Source of the DNA: an uncultured Bacteroidales bacterium
GTDB taxonomy: Bacteria > Bacteroidota > Bacteroidia > Bacteroidales > P3
Length of the DNA stretch: 64,000 nt
Direction: 5' to 3'
Assembly (NCBI GenBank): GCA_900317955.1
Contig: ONIP01000012.1
Coordinates: forward strand, 27,075-91,074
Positions within the stretch are counted from its first letter, which is position 1. Each line of letters begins with the position of its first letter. Below, one piece after another: positions 56,610 through 64,000 of the stretch. A program made the translations under genes and the position numbers. The notes below the pieces were generated by a model. It was not told where the DNA came from, made no database searches, and was given only the letters and a program-made list of their open reading frames with translations.

Positions 56610-58847
56610 ATGTATAAAATTGACGAGGCTCGCGAAGAGCAAGAGATACAGAAAAAATATGAAGAATTGGTGGCAGCCTGCCGCAAGAACTCACCCCTGA
56701 CAGAGAAACAGGAGGACGAGATATTCCGTGCGTTTTCCCTTGCCAAGAAAGCACACGCAGGAACACGGCGCAAATCGGGCGAGCCCTACATATTTCATCC
56801 GCTTGCCGTAGCCCTCATCGCAGTGCAGGAGGTGGGGCTGGGACCCATTGCCGTGGTCTCGGCACTGCTGCACGATGTGGTGGAAGACACCGATATCACC
56901 CTCGACCAGATTCGTACCATTTTTGGGGAGCGGGTGGCAGTGATTGTTGACGGGGTGACAAAGATTGAGGATGTCTTCGTTATGCAACAGACAGAATCGA
57001 AACAGGCAGAGAACTACCGCAAAATATTGATGTCGATGTGCAACGACGCATACGTCATATTCTTGAAACTGTGTGACCGTTTGCACAATATGCGGACGCT
57101 GGAATCGATGAAGGACACCAAAAAATTGGCGATTTCGTCAGAGACACAATACCTGTATATACCGTTGGCACACCGCTTAGGACTTTATTCGATAAAGACC
57201 GAGCTGGAAGAGTTGGTGATGAAGTATACCAATCCCGACAAGTACAATGAGATAGCAGCACTTATCAACCAGTCGGCCGGGACAGAGGACAAACTGAAAA
57301 CATGCTTCACCAACAAGGTGACGCAGATGTTGGACGAGAATGGCTACAAGTACACACTCAAGACGCGCATCAAGTCGGTATACAGCTGCTGGAAAAAAAT
57401 GGAACGCAAGGGGGTGAAGTTTGACGAGATATACGACCTGTATGCAATGCGTATAATACTTGATGTTCCCCTTGCCGACGAGAAATCGGAGTGTTTCAAG
57501 GTGTATTCGTTGATCTCGTCTGAATTTCCGCCAGACCCGACCCGTTTCCGCGACTGGATTACCACACCCAAGACCAACGGCTACGAATCGTTGCAGACAA
57601 CCGTGATGACACCCATAGGACAATGGGTTGAGGTGCAAATACGCACGGAGCGCATGGATGTGATAGCCGAGAAGGGCATGGCGGCTCACTTCCTCTACAA
57701 GGAAGCCCACCCCGAGGAGAACATAGAGTTGAGCCCTGTGGAAGTATGGCTGCAACAAATTCGCAGCACACTTGAGAACACAGAAAAGAGTGCCCTCGAC
57801 CTGGTTGAGGAGTTTAAAGAGGCTCTCTATATAAAAGAGATATATCTTTTCACTCCCAAGGGGGACATGATTAAATTGCCGGCACATTCGTCGGTGCTTG
57901 ATTTTGCCTTTGCCATTCATACGAAACTCGGCCTGCAATGTATGGGGGCTAAGGTGAACGGAAAAGTAGAGCCAATAAACCACATGCTGAGGGCAGGAGA
58001 ACAGGTGCAGGTGCTGACCAGCAGGAAGACCCATCCCAACGAGGAATGGTTATCGATGGTACACACCTCGCGAGCCAAAGAAGCCATAAAGGATTATCTA
58101 CGCAACCAGCGCAAAGGATACCGCGAAGAGGGCAAAAGCCGCCTGAAAGAGATTCTCAATTCACTGCACATACCCTACTCGGCTGCATCGATTGGACAAA
58201 TAAAACGCTATCTTGGAATAAAGAGCGATATTGACCTCTTCTTCCAACTGGCCATGGGTATTACTACGCACAACGACATTGCCCAGTGCTTTGGCAAAGG
58301 CGTCAACGCCAATCATAACACCTATTTTATGGGGGAATACACCTCCCTCTTTGACAAGGACAGCACCGCCATCAACTCGAGTACGTCGGCAATGGGCAGC
58401 AACCAGCAGTCGTTTTTGCTTGACAAGGAGTACGAACGCTATTCCACAGAGCCTGCACCCTGTTGCAAGCCCGTACAGGGAGACCACGTGGTGGGAATCG
58501 TCACCGACGGTAAAATCATGGTACACCGCACCAATTGCAAGGTGGCGATGGACGAGATGGCCAACCACGAGAACCGCATAGTGCGCGCCCGCTGGCGCCC
58601 GGGAGAGCATGTGGCACTGCTGTCGGGTATCGCTTTCACCGCCATAGACCGCAAGGGATTGTTGCAGGAGATAACCGGCATCGTTACTGGAGATATGGAT
58701 CTTAACATGCGCGCCATTACACTGGAGGCTGTGGAAGGTATAGTACGCGGAATTATAATGCTATACGTTCTGAATCTTGACAATTTGAACTCCTTGCTGA
58801 AGAATCTCCAGAAAATAGAAGGCATTGAGGAGGTGCGACGTATATGA
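56610..58847 (+). CDS. Bifunctional RelA/SpoT homolog (RSH) (p)ppGpp synthetase/hydrolase
   Basis: The HD hydrolase motif is HPLAVA...LLHDVVEDT. The RelA_SpoT synthetase region is YKYTLKTRIKSVYSCWKKM...YESLQTTV. TGS and C-terminal ACT-like domains are present. Confidence 0.92.
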   Translation: MYKIDEAREEQEIQKKYEELVAACRKNSPLTEKQEDEIFRAFSLAKKAHAGTRRKSGEPYIFHPLAVALIAVQEVGLGPIAVVSALLHDVVEDTDITLDQIRTIFGERVAVIVDGVTKIEDVFVMQQTESKQAENYRKILMSMCNDAYVIFLKLCDRLHNMRTLESMKDTKKLAISSETQYLYIPLAHRLGLYSIKTELEELVMKYTNPDKYNEIAALINQSAGTEDKLKTCFTNKVTQMLDENGYKYTLKTRIKSVYSCWKKMERKGVKFDEIYDLYAMRIILDVPLADEKSECFKVYSLISSEFPPDPTRFRDWITTPKTNGYESLQTTVMTPIGQWVEVQIRTERMDVIAEKGMAAHFLYKEAHPEENIELSPVEVWLQQIRSTLENTEKSALDLVEEFKEALYIKEIYLFTPKGDMIKLPAHSSVLDFAFAIHTKLGLQCMGAKVNGKVEPINHMLRAGEQVQVLTSRKTHPNEEWLSMVHTSRAKEAIKDYLRNQRKGYREEGKSRLKEILNSLHIPYSAASIGQIKRYLGIKSDIDLFFQLAMGITTHNDIAQCFGKGVNANHNTYFMGEYTSLFDKDSTAINSSTSAMGSNQQSFLLDKEYERYSTEPAPCCKPVQGDHVVGIVTDGKIMVHRTNCKVAMDEMANHENRIVRARWRPGEHVALLSGIAFTAIDRKGLLQEITGIVTGDMDLNMRAITLEAVEGIVRGIIMLYVLNLDNLNSLLKNLQKIEGIEEVRRI

Positions 58848-59527
58848 CACCCGCCGATTTACAAGCATTCCAGCGACTGAGCGACATTCTCGACACGTTG
58901 CGCAAACAGTGCCCCTGGGACCGAGTGCAGACCATGGAGAGTTTGCGCTATCTTACTATAGAGGAAACGTTTGAACTGAGCGAGGCCATCTTGAATCTGT
59001 CTTCGGAGAACAGTTCGTTAGACGATGACAAAAAGAACTCGGAACTGAAAAAGGAGCTGGGTGACCTTTTTATGCATCTGCTTTTCTACGCCAAGATTGC
59101 CGAAGAGGAACACCGGTTCACTACCTCGGATGTGTTTAATGCCATAAGTGACAAACTTATTAGTCGCCACCCATTTATATTCCAACCAGAAAAGTACGAC
59201 GGCGAAAGTTGGGAACAAATCAAGATGCACGAGGGAAGGAAATCGGTGCTTGAAGGGGTGCCGGTTAGTTTGCCACCGTTGGTGAAAGCAGTTCGCCTAC
59301 AGGAGAAAGCCGCCGGGATAGGAGTTGAACCGACCCTTTCGAATGAACAGGACGGAGACATGATTGCAAACTGCAAGTGCGACACCGAAGAATCGTTTGG
59401 CAATCTTCTTTTCAACTTAATACATTGGGCACACGAGCACGGTATCAACGCCGACACTGCCCTTGCCCGCGCCAACATTCGTTTTCAGGATAAAGTAAAG
59501 GACTTTGAACAAAAGGCTTCCAACTGA
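58844..59527 (+). CDS. mazG: MazG-family nucleoside triphosphate pyrophosphohydrolase
   Basis: LR..CPWD..QT..SL...IEETFEL.EAI and ELGDLFMHLLFYAKIAEE motifs. The ATGA junction overlaps the RSH stop. Confidence 0.85.
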   Translation: MTPADLQAFQRLSDILDTLRKQCPWDRVQTMESLRYLTIEETFELSEAILNLSSENSSLDDDKKNSELKKELGDLFMHLLFYAKIAEEEHRFTTSDVFNAISDKLISRHPFIFQPEKYDGESWEQIKMHEGRKSVLEGVPVSLPPLVKAVRLQEKAAGIGVEPTLSNEQDGDMIANCKCDTEESFGNLLFNLIHWAHEHGINADTALARANIRFQDKVKDFEQKASN

Positions 59528-59533
59528 CGTATG

Positions 59534-60742
59534 TTATTCCCCTTCCATCTCGACACGCATCAGTTGCAATGTGTCGCGAACTTTGAGATTGGGATAGTAT
59601 ATCTCAAGAGACTCGCAGTTGTTGATTGACTGATTAGCAAGCCAGTATAGTTTGTCCCTCGGCGCAAAGGAGTTTGTGACAAAATCGACCGTGCGGCCCT
59701 TGCCTGCGGGGAATTGCAGTATTTCCCAGAGATAGCCAGTGCTGTCATCTTCGCACGTAAGCCTATAGACCTTGTTGTTTTCAAATGAGATTTGCGAGAT
59801 TTTGATAAAACGGCTCCCTTGACTGCCCGTGGATACTGTGTCGCCCGACTCAAGATTAACCAAACGGCTGTATGAGCTATCCAGATAGGCAAACGGCAAG
59901 CCTTCGTTTGCCAGCCATTCGTTGTTGTCGGTTGGGGCGAAACTGGCCCATGCTTCGTGCGACACCAGTTCTTTTGCCCTGGCAAAGTCAAGCGTTTGCC
60001 AAAGAGGGTCGTTGAAATAGCCGTTCCTCTCCGACTCGCGACAACAGGCGCATGGCGCAACAACCGGACGGTCGGGATAGATGTCGTGGTACAACGCCAC
60101 GCGATCCTCCAGCTCTACTTGTTGCCAAGGGTCGTATCCAAGGTGAAGCCACCTACCCAAAACCAAAGCTGGGTCGTGCAGCGGTGGACGCCAGCCGTCG
60201 TAGATACAGAAACTGGTGTGGTAGAGGAAGTGCATGCCAAGTATGCGTTCCGTCATCGGATTCTCGACCGCCACTCGTCCCCCCTGAAAAGCCTTGCAGG
60301 ACCTGTGGTAAGCCACCCCGCAAACGGCAGCGAAAATCACACAGAGCAGCATGCCTGCGACATACCATTTTCGCACCACCTTAGCTACTGGATGCACCCA
60401 ATTGCGCCACACCAGCAGAAAAAGGAACCAAAGCGGCACTGGCATCAGCAGCACCCACCCGCCGAGAAACAGCACCCAATAGGCATACACGCCCGTGCTG
60501 ATGCCACACAACAGCGCGTTCACTCCCCTCAGCCGGGTGCGTTCCAACCATGTAAACGTGACGATATTGATAAAACTGACCGCCTGCACCACGGCAGCCC
60601 ACACCACCGGCACACAGAACCCGGCGTTAGTGACACGATTGCCCCATATACTCAGCCCAACCAAAAGCAGATTGATTATTGGGAATACCTTATGCCACAA
60701 AGTATCGCTGTTCCGACGAAGGAAGACAGATATACGACTCAT
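59534..60742 (-). CDS. Membrane protein with a C-terminal soluble domain, function unknown
   Basis: About five or six N-terminal TM helices precede a soluble region of roughly 230 aa. I recognise no motif in it. Confidence 0.5.
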   Translation of the reverse strand: MSRISVFLRRNSDTLWHKVFPIINLLLVGLSIWGNRVTNAGFCVPVVWAAVVQAVSFINIVTFTWLERTRLRGVNALLCGISTGVYAYWVLFLGGWVLLMPVPLWFLFLLVWRNWVHPVAKVVRKWYVAGMLLCVIFAAVCGVAYHRSCKAFQGGRVAVENPMTERILGMHFLYHTSFCIYDGWRPPLHDPALVLGRWLHLGYDPWQQVELEDRVALYHDIYPDRPVVAPCACCRESERNGYFNDPLWQTLDFARAKELVSHEAWASFAPTDNNEWLANEGLPFAYLDSSYSRLVNLESGDTVSTGSQGSRFIKISQISFENNKVYRLTCEDDSTGYLWEILQFPAGKGRTVDFVTNSFAPRDKLYWLANQSINNCESLEIYYPNLKVRDTLQLMRVEMEGE

Positions 60743-60807
60743 AAGAAAGAGAATTTGGGGAAAATAACGACGTACTCGTGTTTTTATTGCCCCTTTTTGC
60801 CAAGCAC

Positions 60808-61374
60808 TCAGCTCCTGATTACCGCTAAAGATCCGTCGGGATTTACCTTCAGAATACGACTGGAGCCGATGGCAGGATGGTGAAACGATGGGTCGTCAGG
60901 AAGGCAATAATCTACACGGCGTTTCAACTCCTCCTCAATATCGGCATAACATTGTGGAGAAGGACAGCCAGAAAAGTTGGCCGAAGTACTCACTATCGGG
61001 AGGCCAAACTGCCTCAGCAGTTCTTGGCAGAAGTCCATCTTCGGCACCCGTACACCCACCGTGCCATCATCAGCCAGAAGATTCTGTGGTAACGTCAACG
61101 CCACATAGCGGGCAGGAAGCACCACTGTGGTGGGTCTTTCGCTCTCCAACAGTAGTCGGCACACCTCGCCCGGCATTTCGGGCGACAGCATCTCGGCTGA
61201 AGCAAGGATGAGCATCGATTTGCTGTGGTCGCGCTCCTTGATGGCATAGACCCGTTCGATAGCGGAAGGATTGACGGCATCGCACCCAATTCCCCAAATC
61301 GTATCGGTGGGATAAAGAAGGGTGCCACCGACATTCAATGTGGCCAAAGCACGTTCAATTATATCATTATTCAT
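60808..61374 (-). CDS. tsaC: L-threonylcarbamoyladenylate synthase (TsaC/YrdC family)
   Basis: GGTLLYPTDTIWGIGCDA..., ...K.R....S..IL and ...SANFSG motifs. Confidence 0.88.
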   Translation of the reverse strand: MNNDIIERALATLNVGGTLLYPTDTIWGIGCDAVNPSAIERVYAIKERDHSKSMLILASAEMLSPEMPGEVCRLLLESERPTTVVLPARYVALTLPQNLLADDGTVGVRVPKMDFCQELLRQFGLPIVSTSANFSGCPSPQCYADIEEELKRRVDYCLPDDPSFHHPAIGSSRILKVNPDGSLAVIRS

Positions 61375-61399
61375 GACAATAATTCGTTAAAAAACTTTG

Positions 61400-61436
61400 C
61401 AAAGATACGATTAATTAAGAATTTTTTGTATCTTTG
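61400..61436. promoter_or_regulatory. Back-to-back divergent -7 boxes that form a 12-bp inverted repeat (ttgCAAAGATAc ... gTATCTTTGcaa)
   Basis: The minus-strand box at 61400-61407 lies 26 nt from the tsaC ATG. The plus-strand box at 61429-61436 lies 70 nt from the transporter ATG. Confidence 0.6.
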
Positions 61437-61505
61437 CAAGATAAAATCTTAGCACAAAGAACAATTGTACATTATTAAAATATTAATCACTAAAACGTTA
61501 CACTT

Positions 61506-63113
61506 ATGAAAGGACATCCAAAAGGTCTTATTGCTGCAGCCTTGAGTAATATGGGTGAACGCTTCGGCTACTATATTATGAACGCTGTGTTGGTGTTGTT
61601 CCTTTGCTCCAAATTCGGCCTCGCCGAGGAGAAGGCAACATTAATCTATTCCATATTCTATATGGGCATTTACATTCTGAGCCTGGTAGGCGGCATTATC
61701 GCTGACCGTTCTCAGAACTACAAAGGGACCATCCAAACAGGTCTGCTCATCATGGCACTGGGCTATGTCATTCTGGCTATCCCCATCCTGGCCACAGCCT
61801 CCAACATCGGCTGGCTCCTGCCCCTCACCTGCGTCGCCCTGTTCCTTATCGCTTTCGGTAATGGTTTGTTCAAAGGCAATTTGCAGGCTATTGTAGGCCA
61901 GATGTACGACAACTTCGAGGCCGAAGCCGCCAAAGAAGGCGAAGAGGCTCTCCGCATTGCCAAAGGCAAACGCGACAGCGGTTTCCAAATCTTCTACATG
62001 TTCATCAACGTGGGCGGTCTTATTGCTCCCTTCGTGGCACCGTTGCTCCGCAGCTGGTGGTTAGGCCAAAACGGCTTTGAATACAATGCAGACCTCCCCG
62101 CCCTGTGCCACCAGTTCCTTGCCACAGGCAGTGCCATGGGCACCGATGCCATCACCAAGATGACTGAGCTCTTCAACAACATGCATGTGACCTTACCGAC
62201 CGACACAGCCGCTGCTCAAGAACTTTGCCAGAACTACCTCAATGTGTTCAACACTGGCGTCCACTACAGTTTCATTGCCTCCGTTGCTGCTATGCTCATC
62301 TCCCTCACCATCTTCCTCTGCACCAAGAAGAAATTCCCCACTCCCGCCAAGAAAGCCGCTCAAGAAAGCGTCCACTATACTGCCGAAGAGAAAATGGCCA
62401 TGGCCAAAGAGCTCAAACAGCGTCTCTATGCTATGTTTGCAGTGCTGATTATCGCAGTCTTCTTCTGGTTCTCATTCCACCAGAACGGTACCTCCATGTC
62501 GCTTTTTGCCCGTGACTTTGTTATCACCTCCTCTATCCCGCCCGAGGTATGGCAGGCCGTGAACCCGTTCTTTGTCATCGTGCTCACCTTCCCCATCATG
62601 TGGCTCTTTGAGGGTCTTACCCGTCGCGGCAAGGGCATCTCCACCCCTCGCAAGATTGCCATCGGTATGGGTATTGCAGGCTGTGCTTATCTGTTCATGT
62701 CTATCTTCTGCAACATCCAGGGTTATCCCTCGGGTACAGAGTTCCGCGCTCTTGACGCCACCACCGCTGCCGGACTGAAAGCAGCCCCGTGGGTGCTCAT
62801 CGTCTACTACTTCGGCATGACCGTTGCCGAGCTTTTCATCAGCCCGCTGGGTCTGAGCTTCATATCCAAGGTTGCTCCCAAGAACCTCCTCGGCCTCTGC
62901 CAGGGTCTCTGGCTCGGCGCCACCGCCGTGGGTAACGGCTTCCTCTGGATTGGTCCCGCCCTCTACAACAAGATTCCCATCTGGAAGTGCTGGCTGGTCT
63001 TCATGGCTGTCTGCTTCCTGTCGATGATTGTCATGCTGTGCATGGTCAAGTGGCTTGAAAAGGTTACCGGCGAACAGGCCGCTCTCGAAGCCGCCAAACA
63101 GAAAGCTGAATAA
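61506..63113 (+). CDS. Proton-dependent oligopeptide transporter (POT/PTR2 family)
   Basis: GHPKGL......ERFGYY motif, FGNGLFKGN (PTR2 signature) and more than 12 TM helices. Confidence 0.88.
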   Translation: MKGHPKGLIAAALSNMGERFGYYIMNAVLVLFLCSKFGLAEEKATLIYSIFYMGIYILSLVGGIIADRSQNYKGTIQTGLLIMALGYVILAIPILATASNIGWLLPLTCVALFLIAFGNGLFKGNLQAIVGQMYDNFEAEAAKEGEEALRIAKGKRDSGFQIFYMFINVGGLIAPFVAPLLRSWWLGQNGFEYNADLPALCHQFLATGSAMGTDAITKMTELFNNMHVTLPTDTAAAQELCQNYLNVFNTGVHYSFIASVAAMLISLTIFLCTKKKFPTPAKKAAQESVHYTAEEKMAMAKELKQRLYAMFAVLIIAVFFWFSFHQNGTSMSLFARDFVITSSIPPEVWQAVNPFFVIVLTFPIMWLFEGLTRRGKGISTPRKIAIGMGIAGCAYLFMSIFCNIQGYPSGTEFRALDATTAAGLKAAPWVLIVYYFGMTVAELFISPLGLSFISKVAPKNLLGLCQGLWLGATAVGNGFLWIGPALYNKIPIWKCWLVFMAVCFLSMIVMLCMVKWLEKVTGEQAALEAAKQKAE

Positions 63114-63136
63114 TGCCACATCAGGCATACAAAAAA

Positions 63137-63161
63137 AGCCGACATAACAGTCGGCTTTTTT
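63137..63161 (+). terminator. Terminator of the POT transporter gene
   Basis: aaaaaaAGCCGACataacaGTCGGCTttttt. Confidence 0.8.
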
Positions 63162-63170
63162 ATTCCCCTC

Positions 63171-63210
63171 AAAAAAAGAATGCCTTCGCGTACATCACGA
63201 AGGCATTCTT
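63171..63210 (-). terminator. Terminator of the hotdog-fold gene (minus strand)
   Basis: aagaatgccttcg/cgaaggcattctt form a 13-bp stem, followed on the minus strand by TTTTTTT. Confidence 0.8.
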
Positions 63211-63228
63211 TTCTGATATAGGATTCTC

Positions 63229-63621
63229 CTATTTGTTGTAACGCTGGCACTCTTTGGGAGTAACGCAGGTGCCGGTGGCGCGGCATACGAGGATGCGCTC
63301 TTCGAGAACCTCAGCTGCACTGGCACTGATTTCAGGCAAAGTGCGGATAACCTTGTAAGCCTCGAATTTCATCTTACGGGAAGTGTTGCCAACGTGGGTG
63401 ATTTCACCGTAAGCTTCGATATAGTCACCTGCATAGACAGGGGCTTTGAATTCAACCATGTCGTAGGCACAGAAGAGACCTTCGTCGCCGTCTTGTTTAA
63501 TAAGCAATTCGGTGGCCACGTCGCCAAAGAGGTGGACCATGTGTGCGCCGTCGACGAGATTTCCGCCGTAGTGGGCGTCTTTTGCGCTCATGCGAACGCG
63601 GAGCATAGAAGTTACTGCCAT
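63229..63621 (-). CDS. Hotdog-fold protein, possibly of the 3-aminobutyryl-CoA ammonia-lyase-like family
   Basis: The start was moved to the ATG at 63621 ([39 protein letters not shown]...). Its size of about 130 aa fits a single hotdog domain. The family is recalled from memory only. Confidence 0.5.
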   Translation of the reverse strand: MAVTSMLRVRMSAKDAHYGGNLVDGAHMVHLFGDVATELLIKQDGDEGLFCAYDMVEFKAPVYAGDYIEAYGEITHVGNTSRKMKFEAYKVIRTLPEISASAAEVLEERILVCRATGTCVTPKECQRYNK

Positions 63622-63723
63622 TGTGTAAATGTTTTTTATTGTTTGTAATTCTTTTGTTATTGCGTTGTGCGATTGCACTTTGTGGCATACAAGCCACCGA
63701 TACCAACCGCCGTTCAATGTTTG

Positions 63724-63792
63724 CAAAGATACGCAAATTCAGCCGAATGACAAAATTATTTTTTGTAGAGTAAGAAAAAGTTTGTATCTTTG
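63724..63792. promoter_or_regulatory. Divergent -7 boxes: CAAAGATA at 63724-63731 (minus) and TATCTTTG at 63785-63792 (plus)
   Basis: gtttgCAAAGATAcgcaaa and gtttgTATCTTTGcagtc carry the same extended motif seen elsewhere in the window. Confidence 0.55.
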
Positions 63793-63892
63793 CAGTCGCA
63801 AACCGATAGGAAAGGGTTTGCCGAAAGAAAGCGCATTTGCGTTATTCCACAGGCTGTGAACTTGGACACTTCACTAATATATTGCTGGGATA

Positions 63893-64000
63893 ATGGAAAT
63901 GATTGCTACTTGTCATGTATACGTATACCCATACGATATACAACAAGTGGAGTATATCATTGTTCCTTATCTGCAATATTACACAAAGGGAGTCCAAGCC
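63893..64000 (+). CDS. Possible 5' end of a CDS that runs off the window
   Basis: From the ATG at 63893 the frame is open for 36 codons to the window edge (MEMIATCHVYVYPYDIQQVEYIIVPYLQYYTKGVQA). No homology is recognised. Confidence 0.25.
   Translation, partial: MEMIATCHVYVYPYDIQQVEYIIVPYLQYYTKGVQA

Noticed and set aside
63793-63892. The sequence gataggaaagggtttgcc... loosely recalls part of a cobalamin-riboswitch core.
   Set aside because: Only a few nucleotides match. I could not identify a B12 box or the rest of the conserved core. It needs an Infernal scan before any claim.

Overview
The window is a chromosomal segment from a Bacteroidota genome, most likely Bacteroidales. Three things support this. 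The -7 promoter box TAnnTTTG recurs, often extended to GTATCTTTGCA. Almost no gene has a Shine-Dalgarno sequence. The gene neighbourhoods are typical of the phylum (DUF3467 after rpoC, SPOR-amidase, LptD-like, DUF4954).

Content in order:
1. About 1-12.1 kb is a capsule/EPS locus. It holds glycosyltransferases, a carboxyethyl-ornithine-synthase-like dehydrogenase, a TviC/WbpP-like epimerase, a CapK-like adenylating enzyme, an acetyltransferase, a DUF354 plus deacetylase-like pair, Wza, a Wzc BY-kinase with a (YG)12 tail, and a DegT aminotransferase.
2. 12.3-19.5 kb holds rex followed by an hfsABCD-type operon and aspA. The operon encodes a 2Fe-2S protein, a PAS-containing sensory [FeFe]-hydrogenase paralog, a PP2C phosphatase and a catalytic [FeFe]-hydrogenase.
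3. 19.6-33 kb is housekeeping: pyrF, an ABC ATPase, amidase-SPOR, LptD-like, MerR, DUF4954, hpf, a XerC-like recombinase, rseP and LptF/G.
4. 33.5-47.3 kb is the classical tRNA(Thr-Tyr-Gly-Thr)-tuf-tRNA(Trp)-secE-nusG-rplKAJL-rpoBC block.
5. The rest holds an AraC regulator, sbcDC, aspC, recA, an RSH (RelA/SpoT) enzyme with mazG, tsaC, a POT peptide transporter and a hotdog-fold protein.

I found no CRISPR array, rRNA, transposase or obvious defence island. The most interesting material is the H2-sensing/phosphatase operon next to rex, the unusual amino-acid/opine-type chemistry predicted for the polysaccharide locus, and the codon-scrambled (YG)12 kinase tail.

All calls come from reading the translated ORFs and the DNA by eye. 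No searches or computations were run. Family assignments rest on recognised motifs and on remembered homologues.
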